Source of the DNA: Octopus sinensis
Lineage: Eukaryota
DNA: 64,000 bases
Assembly: GCF_006345805.1 (NCBI RefSeq)
Contig: NC_043005.1
Location: forward strand, 66,588,001 to 66,652,000
Reading direction: 5' to 3'
A program made the position numbers and the translations under genes. Below are positions 1-13,384 of the stretch, piece after piece. Every line of letters starts with the position of its first letter. The first letter of the stretch is position 1. The notes below the pieces were generated by a model. The model saw only the letters and a program-made list of their open reading frames with translations. It was not told the origin of the DNA and searched no databases.

Positions 1-339
1 CGAAAGGCGTAATTAACATTTTAAAATAAGCGTATAATTGGAAAAATGTAGTGGTAATTCTTGAAGCAGACGAGGTGTTTGAAATTGGAGTACATGAAAT
101 AGCTTTTGATAAAATAACAAGAGACTGTGAATACATTATTAAAACCTTAATGTCCCTAGATTAAAGACAGCAGCTAGAGAAATACTGGGAAAAGAGAAAG
201 TTAAGAACTCGATTCTTAGAATATAATTGAAGGTATTTCGTAAAAGATTTAGCCATGATTGATTGAAAAATATATGTAAGGACCAGGGGAAATATCCATT
301 TTTTCTATTAAGAGATATCACAGAGACGCAAATATTGAA

Positions 340-900
340 AAAGTTCCTTTGTTGGATCGAAAGTTATACTGATTGCTTTTGTCCTCATTTACTAAGCAAT
401 GAGCACAATATGAGTGTATCATATTGTTTCCATGTATATAAAAGTGGACTATTCAAGCCAGGTAAACTATTTACCATAAAAAAGATCACTTACCCCGTGC
501 ATCGATGAACTTAATTTATGTTCTTAAATGTGTTAGGTGCAGTGGAGACTACATAGGTCAAACGAGCTTGATCTTGCGGAACAGCCTGATGGTAACAAAC
601 AACAGATCCGAGACCCCATGATCTGGAAAATTCCCGTAAGTAAACACTTAGATCAATGCCTCAGAAACAAAACCCGAAATACCGGGTTTTCTTTCTCTAT
701 CAATTCACCGGAAACACTCCAACCCAATGGCCATTAAATAAGGAAAGTATGTTTATTAAAAATACAGACGTTTGACTAAATAGCCTAAATTAGCGAGCGA
801 TTCAGTAGTCATTACTGATGCACATGTGATTGATTGGTGAAACTGGTCTAATCCAATGATCCTAGAGTCGTTAAGGGGCGAATATCTCCCCTGTCAGTGC
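340..900 (+). mobile_element. Penelope-like element 3' remnant (GIY-YIG endonuclease), frameshifted
   Basis: 508-564 reads NLIYVLKCVRCSGDYIGQT, the PLE GIY-YIG motif with CxxC. It is preceded by a Cys-containing segment and FTIKK, and followed after a frameshift by KQQIRDP..KIPVSKHLDQC. Confidence 0.8.
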
Positions 901-1039
901 ATATACATACACACACACGCGCGCATATATATATATATATATATATAAAATAGTATTAGAGACAAAACCACTATTTTGCAAAACAAACAAGGAAAGACTT
1001 AATCAATACATAAAAATTTAATAAATAGTCAAAAAAACG

Positions 1040-1082
1040 CCACTACAATTGTTCTCTGTCTTGATCGACAATCTTCAGGTGG
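1040..1082 (-). ncRNA. Degenerate minimal type I hammerhead motif in a PLE terminal repeat
   Basis: Minus strand reads CCAC-CTGAAGA-T-TGTC-GATCAA-GACA-GAGAAC-AATT-GTA-GTGG. Stems I and II pair, the loop-3 tetramer AATT is palindromic and the triplet is GUA. One extra G disrupts GAAA. Confidence 0.6.
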
Positions 1083-1499
1083 ACTTCCAATCTAAAATAT
1101 CAATATTTTAAAATATAAAAATAATAATTTTAAAATAATTAAGTATGAATGAAAAAATATAAAATATAATCCATATATAACCTATATATAATCCATATAT
1201 AATCAATATATAAACAATATATAAACTAAAATAAACCTATCAACACTTAAATATAAAATATAAAATATAAAATATAAAATATAAAACAAAAAAAAAAAAT
1301 AATAATAATATATAATAAACTATATATACACCATACACATATACCTAATTATATATAACCATATCTAACTACATACACTAAATCACACACCTATATATAT
1401 ATCCCTATACATACACATAAAAACGTCTAGGCAACTATAAAAATAAAATAGCTAAATACTTCAACACAATACTTATTCATACTCCCACACACACACACA

Positions 1500-2620
1500 T
1501 ACAACCCACATTCACGCTCTAGAAAACGGACATCACTTAAAATTATGAAGAGAAATGGAATAAATGGAATTAAAAATTATATTCACTTGGTAAAACGAAC
1601 ACTATTAAAATTATAATGAATGAATGAAACAATGCAATAAAACAACAGACATCGCAAATAGACACAAATTACTACGAATTCTTAACAAACTACCATGATA
1701 AACCAAAACTCATAAAAACATTAAATGATAAAATCTCCCTTTACTAAACTCTATAACATACCTATATAGCAATCCCCCCCTAACCTAAACATTCACACAA
1801 AAATACACACACGTAAACCACACACCCACGACATATACAAATACCCACACCACTTACACATACCTATACATACATATAAACCTCAACATATACTCCAAAA
1901 ACCCACTCACCCCACACAGACAAATAACCCAAAAATTATGAATGGATTCTTTTATAAAACTACCATGATAAGTTAAAACTCACAAAACATAAATGATAAA
2001 ACCTCCCTTTACAAACACTATAACATACTTATATAGCAATCCTTTAACCTATACATTCACACACAAATACACACACGTAAACCACACACCCATAACAAAT
2101 ACAAACACCCACCCCACTCACACACACCCACAAGTACATATAAGCCTCAACATATACACCAAAAAAAATTACTTTACAAAGGAACTTAACATATGTATAA
2201 AAAGTATAACCGCTCTGGAAACGAACATCTTTTAAAATAATGAATGGAGAAAAGGAATAAATGGAATTAAAAATAATATTCACGTGGCAAAACGAACACC
2301 ACTCAAAAATTATGAATGAAACAATGTATAAAACAACCAACATCGAAAATAGACAATTACCACGAATTCCCTAAAAAACCATGATAAACCAAAACTCTAA
2401 AAACATAACGATAAAATCTCCCTTTGCTAAACTCTATAACAAACCTATATAGCAATCCCCCTAACCTAAACATTCACACACAAAAAAAACACACCGTAAC
2501 CACAGACCCACGACTTATACACATACCTATACTAACTTATAACCTCAAATAACACCAAAAACCCACTCCCTCCCCCACACAGACAAATTAAAACATACAT
2601 CCCAAAACCTAAATAACAAA
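1500..2620. repeat. Degenerate tandem duplication in an A/C-rich, G-poor tract
   Basis: cgctct(a/g)gaaa..catc occurs at about 1515 and 2211 (period about 700 bp). The subunit aaa(ct)accatgataa..aaaactc occurs at about 1688, 1957 and 2374. Confidence 0.8.
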
Positions 2621-2944
2621 CCCATATACACATTCACACACAAACACACACACACGCAAAACACACACACACAACAGATACATATACTCCCTCACATATA
2701 CGCATATACATACTCACTAAACTCGATATATACAACAATATTTACACACCCACACTCATACAGATAAATAAATTATACAACTAAAAAACTCACACACAAT
2801 CTCATATACATAAACACTCCAATAAAAAACAACATTAAATACATCGTAATTAACTAGAATATCAAAAATAACAATATGACATAAGGAGAAATAAAATACA
2901 TACTTACAAGTCATTTCAAATTATGAAGTGAAATTAAATTCTTA

Positions 2945-3215
2945 GCCGTTAACTTAGTTATGGGTTACTTAGAAGGTAGACTTTACGAGAACGTAAGAAG
3001 AAAATCTTTGATCACAACTTTAAGGAAAACATCGTGAAGAAGTGGAAGCGCTACCTCAATGACTGCTTCATTGTTTTGGATAGACCAAAAGAAGACCTAA
3101 GGACATTTCACAACATCCTCAACACCCTGCACCCATTTATGAAATTCACAGCAGAGGCAAGCTACAATGAACTACCATTCCTAGAAATTCACATTAATAT
3201 ACACAATTTCATTGT
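2945..3215 (+). mobile_element. Penelope-like reverse transcriptase fragment
   Basis: Reads NLVMGYLE ... KWKRYLNDCFIVL ... FHNILNTLHPFMKFTAEASYNELPFLEI. This matches the PLE RT catalytic (RYxDD) and KFTxE..LPFLD regions. Confidence 0.85.
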
Positions 3216-4490
3216 CACAAAAAGCAAGACCTGGAAATGCAATTATAATTTCTACTGAAGAAAGTAAAAAACAACGTCAGGTTTTTCAATTAAAAATTTT
3301 GACCAATTCGAATACAAAAGTTCCATTTCCTTCCACACCTAAAAGGTCACCAAGTATTAAACAAACAAGTCTGACCATACCAATACAAAAGCCACGCCTC
3401 TTTACCTACCCTTCCTTCTCCAAAAATGTTTTCCTTTTTCTTCTCCTTTACTTGGCAATTCCCACAAGTCTTTTATATACAAAAAGACCCAAAAATCTAG
3501 CTTGAAACAACTTTTTGATAAATCCAATAACGGAAGAATGCGCTAAATATGTAAATAAGATGTAAATAAAATCTAAAATAAAATGTAAATAAGATGTAAA
3601 TAAAAATATATATAATCATCCAACATTCTGACTATCTTATCGCTCTCTCTATATATATGCATACATACATACACACGTACATACACACGTACATACATAT
3701 ACAAACATATTTACATATATACATACATACATACATACATACATACGTACATACATACATATATACATATGTACATATTTCTGCGCTGGCAGAATCGAAA
3801 CCGTGATGAATGAAATAGAAAATGAATTACAGAGGTAAAAAGAAATAGAGTGGCCCAAAATACAGGCACAAACCTATAGCTATCTATCTATCTATCTATC
3901 TATCTATATATATATATATAAATATATATATGACGGTAAAATTGCGGTAGTGTATAAATGTGTGTGAGTTCGCGTGTGTTTATGTTTGTGCATATATATG
4001 TGCTTGTATGTGTATGTGACTAATCTACACACATGTGTAAGTGCATGCGTGTTTATGTGTACAGTTTTTATAATGATGAATTCTATGGAAAACAATCAAC
4101 GACATCCGTACAGTTTGATATGCAAGCACATACACACACACACACACTCTCTCCCTCTTTCATATATATATATATGAAAAGAATTTATTTAAACGTTTGA
4201 TGTTTTTTTTTTTCTGAGTGTTATTTCCCATCTAATAATTGATAAAGCGAATATATTTTAGTTTCTTGGCGAAAAGTATATTCTGAAGTATTTTGCTGAA
4301 ACTCTAACAGAAATTCTTTTTTATGCATTATAATTTTAGTGGAATCTAATTTAGTTTACAAAAGCAAAACAAAAATCATATTAGCGTTAAATCGTTTAGC
4401 ACTTGCAAAGGCAGCGAAATAAATTCAAAGCATATGTCATTCCCATATATATGAAAGAATAATAATGTTCATATATACATACAGATGCAA

Positions 4491-4568
<78 letters not shown>

Positions 4569-4683
4569 CCCAAATAACATTTTGGTTTTAGTCTCCGTTC
4601 TTCCCTCTCTGCTTTTTACTGTGCACATACAAACAATGCACACGCATCTTTCATCTCTGTTTCTCTCTCTGTATGCATATATA

Positions 4684-6101
4684 TACCACCCACCACCTTA
4701 CCCCTCCAGCGCACCATTCTCCGAGCCTTCCAGTGACTCCAGTCCGACCCCTCCACTTCGCACATCTTCCCTAACCGCCTCCTCCCCTCCTTGAAACGAG
4801 CCCACAACCTACGAGACATCTTGGTCCACAGCTTCTTCCCTAACCCAACCTCGCAACCCGGCTCGTTCCCCTGCTCCCGCCCACGCTGCTGCACTTGCCT
4901 TACCTCTCGAACACCACCCTCCTCACCGGCACCCATCATCGACCCTATCACATCACTGACTCCTTCACCTGCACTTCTACCAATATCATCTACTGCATCT
5001 CTTGCTCTCTCTCTCTCTGCCATTCTCTATACATCGGGCAAACGGCTGACCTGTTCTCGGAACACCTCCGAGACATCCAACTCGGCAATGACACCTCGCT
5101 CTCGTTGCATTTCCGCTCTACCGGTCACTCTTTGCAACACCTGTCCGTGTTCAGACTGTCCTTGCACAGGGGCCATCCGGAGTCCCGTTTGCGCCGTGAA
5201 CAGGGATTAGTCTTCTCTCTTCGTTCTTTTGCCCCATATGTACTCAACTCTCATCTCCACTTCATCTAATCTCTTCCCCTCACCTCTCTCCTCCTCACGC
5301 CTACATCCTCCCACCCTCCTCACCTCTCTTACGCCGACTCCTACTTCTTCTCTCCACTTCTACTCTCCTTCTTTCTTCTCTTCACTCCTACCCACCTTCT
5401 CCTTCCTCCCTTCATCATCACCCGTCCCTCGTAAGCCCATCCCACCTCTACACATTCCAACCCCACCTTCCCTATCCTTCCCCATCCCATGCCACCCCCC
5501 TTACATTCACATGTCCCTCCTTTACCTCCACCCTCCGCCTACCCACACACCACCCTTAGCCTAACCCACACCCCACCCTCAGCCTAACCCACACCCGACC
5601 CTTGCTTTCCTCACTTCCGCCTCCCCCACCTCCCAACACCATCACACCACACACTATAACACCTTACACCACCCTACCACACAACACATCACATCACAAC
5701 ACACGACCACGCACACATCAGCACTGACCACTTCCCAGACCCACATTTTCACACCTGCACAAACACACACACGTACACGTCAAGATCACCAGCCCTCTTC
5801 CACACGCACATAAAAACTCTCTTATACATAAGCACGCGCACCCTCGTTTTGGAATCACCACCACTTTGTTTTCTCCTCTTCTCCCTAGCTCTCCTGTGTA
5901 ACCCTTCTGCCCGGCCCTCGCCATGATAGATCGCTAGCCACTACACATTCTTTATTTTCTTTACTTGTTTCTTTTCGTGTTCCTTTCCGTGGAAGAGCAT
6001 AGACTCGAAACGTTAAAGACTTTTTCACTTCCCGAGCGTTATACATCTGTTTTTTGTCTACAGCACCTGTCTTCTGTCTTTTGTTTCTTTGTGAATTCTC
6101 C

Positions 6102-6105
<4 letters not shown>
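4684..6105 (+). mobile_element. Penelope-like element 3' part: linker, GIY-YIG endonuclease and pyrimidine-rich tail
   Basis: Across frameshifts reads YHP..LPLQRTILRAF..LQSDPSTSHIFP..KRAHNLRDILVHS, then GSFPCSRPRCCTC, then FTCTSTNIIYCISCSLSLCHSLYIGQT..FSEHLRDI..SLHFRSTGHSLQHL (ORF to 5269). Confidence 0.9.
5983..6018 (+). ncRNA. Hammerhead-like motif with mutated core at the PLE 3' end
   Basis: Reads CTTT-CCGTGGA-A-GAGC-ATAG-ACTC-GAAA-CGT-T-AAAG. Stems I and II and the palindromic ACGT stem III are present, but the core is CCGTGGA instead of CTGANGA. Confidence 0.4.
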
Positions 6106-6159
<54 letters not shown>

Positions 6160-6211
6160 ACACATCATACACACACACACATATATATATATGTGTGCGT
6201 GTGTGTGTGTG
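6105..6211. repeat. (CA)n/(TA)n/(TG)n microsatellite, representative of dozens of simple repeats across the window
   Basis: Direct reading of the sequence. Confidence 0.98.
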
Positions 6212-7220
6212 TGGTATCCTAATTAATGCACATAGTTGCAGCTACCTACACTCCATTACATTAAAATTTCATTCCGGAAAAGCAATTTTGAAACTACTTC
6301 AGTAGTTGAAATTTTAAAAAATTATGACTATTGCTCTATATTTCATCCGAGTAGTACTTTTGGGAAATTCCAGCTTTTCACGTAATTCACATCCATTTTG
6401 TTAATTGGATGTTATTTCTAGTTAAATGAATAACTTATTTCTGTGGCGCCAATATTTAGTTATTTCTATTTTATTTTCAAATTACTTTGTGATTTTATTT
6501 AGAATATAGTAATTATCAATTATGTCAATATTACACTTCATACGTTATCCACACAGAGTCTGCTTCCTTCTTTAATTGATCATCATGTTGAAATTGTCGA
6601 TACCGCATACTTTCACTTGCTATATATACCAACATAGGAGCTTAATTCGTTTTCCTTTGATCTTGTGGCTTACGTAATGTATTTTGAAATTTCCTTCGCA
6701 CATAAGGATATGACTAAATGTTAATTGTTGAAATTGTGGTTTTTGCTAGCTGGATATTCTATATTGACAAAATTGAAATTCCTGTATTTCTATGTCAAAA
6801 CCATCGCTTACGATGAATATATGTTTATGTTTTGCTGAACTGGTCGTTGTTGGTGTGCATTAACGATATACACTGCTCTTTCTTTTTATAGGTCGCATAC
6901 GACTTAAAGATTTTAGCTATTTTAAATTAGTGATTTTTGTGATGTTGATCATTCGCTGCTCAAGTTGAAACTTATAAAGTGTACGAAAAGTGAATTTTAG
7001 ATTGTCAGAAATTATATTTCAAGCAACGTTAACAACACATGAAAATCATTAACTTACAACGGTGACAGTAGTAGTGTTATAGTTAGGTCAGCAAATTATC
7101 TTAAAGATAAAGACAAATATTTGAGTAGCTATAAATATCTAAAATACGATTTATTAAAGGGTTCAAATTTTCAAATTAAGAACAATCGGCACAATCGACT
7201 ATAACACTATCCATACTATC

Positions 7221-7562
7221 GTGAAGGCGCATGGCTCAGTGGTTAGAGAGTCGAGCTTACGATCGTGAGGTTTTAAGTTCAATTCCTGGACCGGGCTGTG
7301 TGTTGTTTTCTTGAGCAAGACACTTTATTTCACGTTGCTCCAGTTAACTCAGCTGTAGAAATGAATTGTGATGTCACTGGTTCCAAGCTGTATTGGCATT
7401 TGCCTTTCCCTTGGATAACATCAGTGGTGTGGAGAGGAGAGGAGAGGCTGGTATGCATGGGCGACTGGTGGCCTTCCATAAACAATCTTGCCCAGACTTG
7501 TGCCTGTGAGGGTAATTTTCTAGGTGCAATCCAATGGTCATTCATGACCGAAGGGGGTTTCT
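7221..7562 (+). mobile_element. tRNA-derived SINE
   Basis: A-box TGGCTCAGTGG and B-box GTTCAATTCC. The body ttgagcaagacactttatttcacgttgctccagt..actcagctg is shared with the copies at 14.7 kb and 43.7 kb. Confidence 0.9.
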
Positions 7563-8199
7563 CCACCGAATGAAATCTCTGCCTTTCAAAACGGAATCTG
7601 CATTATTTAAAAATGCCATAAATGTTTTTATGTCGATATATCGACCTACACATGTATGGATGTACTGGGTATACACAAAATATTGGTTTTGAGGAAAATA
7701 AAGATATGATAAACTGGCAGCTTGAAATAATTTAGAACGGATGTCATTTGGATAAGAACGTAGTACATATAATCGATAGAGTTATGTATATCCCAGTAGT
7801 CACTTATATAATAAATAACTAATATTTCAGACATCGCGTTAGACTTAGAGATCGAAAGTCATCCTTTACTACTAACGATGTGTGCTTTTATGAGTCATAT
7901 CATAGTTATAGTGCATGTAAGAAGCAAAGTTTAAGTTGTACGAGCTCATGGAGCAAAAAGGGCGCACCCAAAAGTATACAGGGAAATATTTCGAAATTGG
8001 AGGTACTCAAACATCATTTTTGGCTGTGTCTAGGATGTACACTTCAATAATATTAGTAAAAAAAAAACTTTAGATCGAAACTAATTTGACAGAGACGAAC
8101 TATTGATTTAGAAAGATGATTATTTTTGGAAGATCTTATTGTTGCTCCAAGTGGCTAAAGTACCGTGACCGTTGACAACTGTTTGAGTAAATGGAGTGC

Positions 8200-8700
8200 C
8201 CTCAGTTATAGAAGGGCTTCCTTTTCATGCTGCTTTTTAAATCCATAGCAAACTGGTAGCAGTTCTTTTTAAGAAGGACTAAAACCAAAACGCAATGCAG
8301 AAGCATTTGCAAAGTAGATGAGACCCATAGCACGAATCCAATGTTTCCAGTGGGAACGGAATGTCGTGTGCTTATTGCTAGGACCACCATACTATTTCTC
8401 TCGGTTCGTACTTAAAGGAAAAACCCGGGTAAATATTAACAAGCTCTTAAGAGAATTATAGAACTAATCGTCAAGGATAAGTAATGTATGGGAACAGATC
8501 ATCAGTATAAGGCACATCTCCACCACCAAATAATAAAAGAACATATTCGCTGTGTTGACATTTGCTCTTGTATGGTAAGATAGTTGCTTGTATAAAAGGA
8601 GGAGAGAGCGAGCTACGATGTCAAGCAGATGTTGATCAGTAGTGATGGATAAGGTGATAGAAATGGAAGTTGTCAAAATTGCTTTTAGGTGAAGGGAGTG
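8200..8700 (-). mobile_element. Possible old LINE (CR1/Jockey-group) RT C-terminal remnant
   Basis: Minus-strand fragments SLLLLYKQ..LILDD and SFLKRTA loosely resemble the LLYKx..RP..EY..ILD and SFFxRTxxLWN motifs. Heavily decayed. Confidence 0.35.
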
Positions 8701-9187
8701 GAGAAAGTGAAAGATTCTAGTGTTCCAATATGACAAAAGCAAACCGTAGAATCCTATCGAAATTCTTCAGTTTTTTACATCAAAAATTATTTTACGACAA
8801 ATGTTTCACGCTGGAAAGATATTTATCATTTGAGAATCTGACATTGATATTAATAATACTGAGTGGAACTAGGTGCAATATTCTAGTTTAACTAAGCTAT
8901 TATTGAAACTATAACAGCGTTTTGTGTTATAAATTTATTTTGATATCATTGTAAATTATCTTTGAAAGGCGTTTCGGTAACATTATCTGAATATTTTACC
9001 GTTTTTCGGTTTATGCTAACATTTTTATTAAATCCGCAAAAGATGATGAAATTTGTTTAAGGAATTTTTTTTCGTTATTAGTATGATAATATTCAAGAAC
9101 AATATTCGTATGCCAGTATTGACTATACAAGCATGCAGATATACACACACACGCACATATATATGATTATGTGTGTACATGTATGTA

Positions 9188-9248
<61 letters not shown>

Positions 9249-9279
9249 ATATATATATATAATATATATATATATATAT

Positions 9280-9348
<69 letters not shown>

Positions 9349-10174
9349 GGTGTGTATCAATGTCTGTGTGAATGTATTTTGTACAGTGAATGTCAACTAA
9401 ATTCTTAGACAAATATGTTTAGCTGTTTAATTTTCTTTAGTTTTGATAAATTTCTAAACCATTTCATCAACTTGTTCGAATATTATCTCTGTGTTATTCA
9501 AAGAAGAAATGGTGAGTTTAATTTTTAAAAAAGTTTTTACTTTAAATATTATCGTTATTTAAATTCAACTAACGCCTTTATTAACGTGAGCAAATATGTA
9601 AAGATACGAAAGAATTGTTCATTATAAAACAATTAGTTGCGGCAGAAGCAATAGAAATATTTATCCTCACTTAAAATTGGATATTGTATTAGAAGACTGA
9701 ATAATATGATAGTTACCATGAGAGAACTTCTCTTATGGCCTTTTGGTGCGTATAAGCACTGTTATATACATCACTAGTGGAGGTAAATCACCGCTTTCAG
9801 CGGCATCGAGACAACCAGATCATGTGATTTTGGTCTTCCCTATACTTGTCCATGGTAGAGACTCGAATGCTGGAGATAGCAGCGATATCTCACCTAGAGG
9901 TACACATAGAATCACAGTGATTAAACGGGCATTAATGTCGCGAAAAGTCAGTGGGCTTACTAAAAATTAATTGTTCAACATATTTCTGAAGTTCTTGAAC
10001 AAAGGAATATTTTTAAAATGTTAATTTTTGCCTTCAAAATTTCTTACTTTCTTATAATATATTGTAAGAGGAACGACAGTAATACATTTTTATAAGGCAC
10101 AATAGTAACTTAACGGATGTAATTAAGTATATTATTAGGTTATATATTCTTTTCAACTTTAAGCACAAAGTCCG

Positions 10175-10345
10175 AAATTTTGGGGGAGCCGATTAGATCC
10201 ATCCCAGTACGCAATTTATCGACCCCGAAAGGATGAAAGGCAAAGTCGACCCCAGCGGTATTTGGACTCAGAACATAAAAACAGACGAAATGAGGTTAGG
10301 CATTTCGCCCGGTGTGCTAACGTTTCTGCCAGCTCACCGCCTTTT
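10175..10345 (-). mobile_element. SINE of the 'aggcggcgagctggcagaa' family
   Basis: Reverse complement gives aggcggtgagctggcagaaacgttagcac..ctgagtccaaatacc..gtcgactttgcctttcatcctttcggggtcgataaat. The same motif occurs in many other copies here. Confidence 0.9.
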
Positions 10346-10612
10346 AGGTTATATATTATATCCCTCACAAAGGAATATAAATCAGGGAAATCTTCACAAT
10401 ACGGAGAAAATTATTAAAGACTGTAAAATAAGAAGTGCTCTTTCACTTCTTTCTAGTAAACCGTTCAAGTTAAGCAGCCAAATGCACTTGGATCTTCCAA
10501 TGCACGGTTCTAGGGAACCATAATTGTGAAACGCACGTAGGAACTAATAATATAGATTTGTGTTCATCGTAATATATTTTATATATATATATAATATATA
10601 TATATATATACG

Positions 10613-10643
<31 letters not shown>

Positions 10644-10647
10644 AACG

Positions 10648-10709
<62 letters not shown>

Positions 10710-12642
10710 TATACATATATGTACATAAATATATATATATACATAAACACACACACATCTCTCACACACACATATATATATATATGTATGAATATATTTA
10801 TATGTATGTATTCATATCTGTTTGTGTATGTATATAGTCGTCTGATAAGATCAACTGAAACGGATCTGTAATACTGTATATAGTGGTATGTATATATGTA
10901 TGCATATAGACATATCTACAAACATACATATATACATACAGGCACACTTACATACATACACACACACTCACACACACATACACACACACACTATTTACTA
11001 TAGTATTTCTAATGCACACAACAGTAACGAAATTAACAAAGAATGACAAGCACCAAATCCAGTCCAAGCAGAACTAAATGAAGATGATTGTGATTGCTCA
11101 TAAATTGTCATTATAGAATGGGAAAAAATGGCAGAGACGTATTTCATATAAATTGGAGATGTGCCAAAATTATCGGACGGAAGAAGTAGATACATAATGA
11201 AACAAAAGAAGAAAATTCAAAGCAGACAAATATAGAATTAATAGGAGAAATGTATTAAAAAAAAGATATATACAGAAACTGTGCTATATAATATGCACAC
11301 CAGGCTATAATTCTAGAAGATATGCCAAGGTAAATCTTCTTCACCAGGAAAAAAAAATATGTGGAACAGAAATCTCCTGGAGAAAACTAACTCTAAAGCG
11401 TATTAGATAAGGAGAAATTATATAGAGAAAATATATTATGAATGTAAATATAAAATTTTTTGCGAAAGAAATTGCTATATGAAATATGCAGTTTATGTAA
11501 TGCTATTTAATAACATATTACGCTGGTTTTAGGAAAAAGAATGAAAACGAAAACAAAACAATGAAGAATAAATATTTCGAGAAAAAAAAAATACGGTGAA
11601 TCGAGTGATAAACGAATGAAAATAAAGAATTCTTTACAGAAAAAAGACAAATAAGGCAGTTGTAGAATACTGCAGAAAATGTATAAAAAAAGCAACGGCT
11701 TAAACCATTATTACTCAAACAAATCCAAAGAAAATTAAATCACGTGCTAAAATTAATGGATAACTATTATGTGAGACGATACAATGCAGGCTGTAGCAAA
11801 TATTGTATATGAATATGCAATGGATGCAAAGATAAATATTATGGTCAGATTACATAATAGGATACACAAAATGTATTGTTACCGATTATGCATTATAAAT
11901 CAGTACAAGTATAGACAAATGAAATTTAGTTGTGATAACTCCTGAAATAGAATCCTAAAAATGATAAAAATGACATAACATAAGTGATATCCGTATCTAG
12001 TACCCATATATAATACCCACCATTTTAACTAAATAATGAATAAGGCAACCTGAAATACAAAAATTTAATAACCACCCATGAGATGTGACAAATCAAATTT
12101 TGAAAAACTCAAATATCTGCTATCAGGGAAACTACGAGGATGCTCAATTCGCTAGAATTAGCCGTCAGATCTTTCTGAATGCACGCCCTACCATGTTAGT
12201 AAAAAAATGACATATCTGACAATATGAAATCCATAAAAAATACATAAATAAAAATATAGTAATGGAAGGACCAACTTTGATGATACTGATGCACGATTAA
12301 TACTGATTGACTAAGCAACAACAACTACAACAGCAATTATCAACATTGAATATCAAACACGAAAACATGATATACCAATGTGCAAAATTCATGAATAGAA
12401 AGGGACAACTTGTATATCATGAAGATCGACATGTAAGAGGATTTTGGATCATACATATACGTAATTATTGTTGTTATTCATTTTACTAATGATAATAATT
12501 AATAATAATATCTTTATAAATATTTTCGAATATTTATTCATATAGTAATTTTATACACTGACACCGTTTTTGAATTTAGCGCCAGCTTTGTAATGGTTAC
12601 CAAGCACAGAGAAATGAGCAAAATTTTTAATACTAGGTATAC

Positions 12643-12718
12643 AGTGAGACCTGCTGATGAGAATTAAGGGATGTAAACCTTAAAAATTTGAAATCAGCTG
12701 ATCCAGGAATATTTTACT
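12643..12718 (+). ncRNA. Type I hammerhead ribozyme (canonical core, AUC triplet)
   Basis: Stem I is AGTGAGA+CCTG (12643-53) with CAGG+bulge AATA+TTTTACT (12704-18). Core CTGATGA is 12654-60. Stem II is GAA/TTT plus TTAAGG/CCTTAA. GAAA is 12690-93, stem III is the palindrome ATCAGCTGAT and H17 is C12703. Confidence 0.8.
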
Positions 12719-13384
12719 ACCTCATTCTACGGCTTTCCGCCGAGATGGTAAGTTAATTTCTTTGTTCGTAGGCCGATTTCTTTTGTGCTTCTTGCATTTC
12801 CGGGGATTGGTGTTTTTTTAGAGCATTTGTCGACTCTGATTTTCAAAGCAATGCTGGCATCAAGTATGCCCTGTAATAATTATAAATTAATGATAAAATT
12901 TTGGATTTGCCATTTATCCGCATCTTGCATGTTGGCCACTTATTTGCTGTTATTATTAATTTTCCTAATGATAATGATTAAAAATAATATCTATATAAAC
13001 ATTCTTGGATATTTATTAATTTGGTATATATATATATTAATTTAGTATATATTGGGTGAATATATGTGTACAGTTAAGAAATCTCTTCCCCACTTAGGTG
13101 CTAATGGTCCGATAACACTACGTGCTACTCTCGGCATTTATATTTTACACAAGTCCGAGTACTGAATGTTTAATTCAGTAGAGAGTAGTGTGTGTAGTTC
13201 AGTCATATACCTTTACAAAAACACATATATATGGATATGCACGTTTTGCTCCGGCTATTACACACTCATAATTATATATTTATGTACACACACTGACACA
13301 CGCTGACGTAGACACACGCGCGCAATTATATGCAAGGAAAGCAATCAGAGATGAGTAACGATTATCTTATAACCATTAACTTAC

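Noticed and set aside
3250-3290. Hammerhead-like CTGAAGA...ACGTCAGG
   Set aside because: GAAA and stem II are missing. At most a decayed PLE remnant.
5555-5605. Telomere-like CCTAACCC motifs
   Set aside because: Only two isolated copies within a C-rich PLE tail, not a tandem array.
7221-7295. tRNA genes at SINE heads (also 14.9, 34.3, 35.7 and 43.9 kb)
   Set aside because: A- and B-boxes are present but the acceptor stems do not close, and each continues into a shared SINE body.
7831-7916. Possible + strand exon (tttcAG...GTAAGA)
   Set aside because: Two frames are open, the acceptor is moderate, and there is no recognisable homology. One frame creates a stop when joined to the 41854 candidate.
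9133-9408. ORFs made of YI/IY, LSIY, HT, CV and poly-I/poly-L runs (here and throughout the ORF track)
   Set aside because: These are translations of microsatellites.
9717-9970. GC-richer stretch with a 75-aa ORF and splice-like sites
   Set aside because: All splice-bounded readings I tried on either strand hit stops, and no motif was recognised.
11040-11760. Possible ancient R4/Dong N-terminal remnant
   Set aside because: Only vague compositional similarity and no unambiguous motif.
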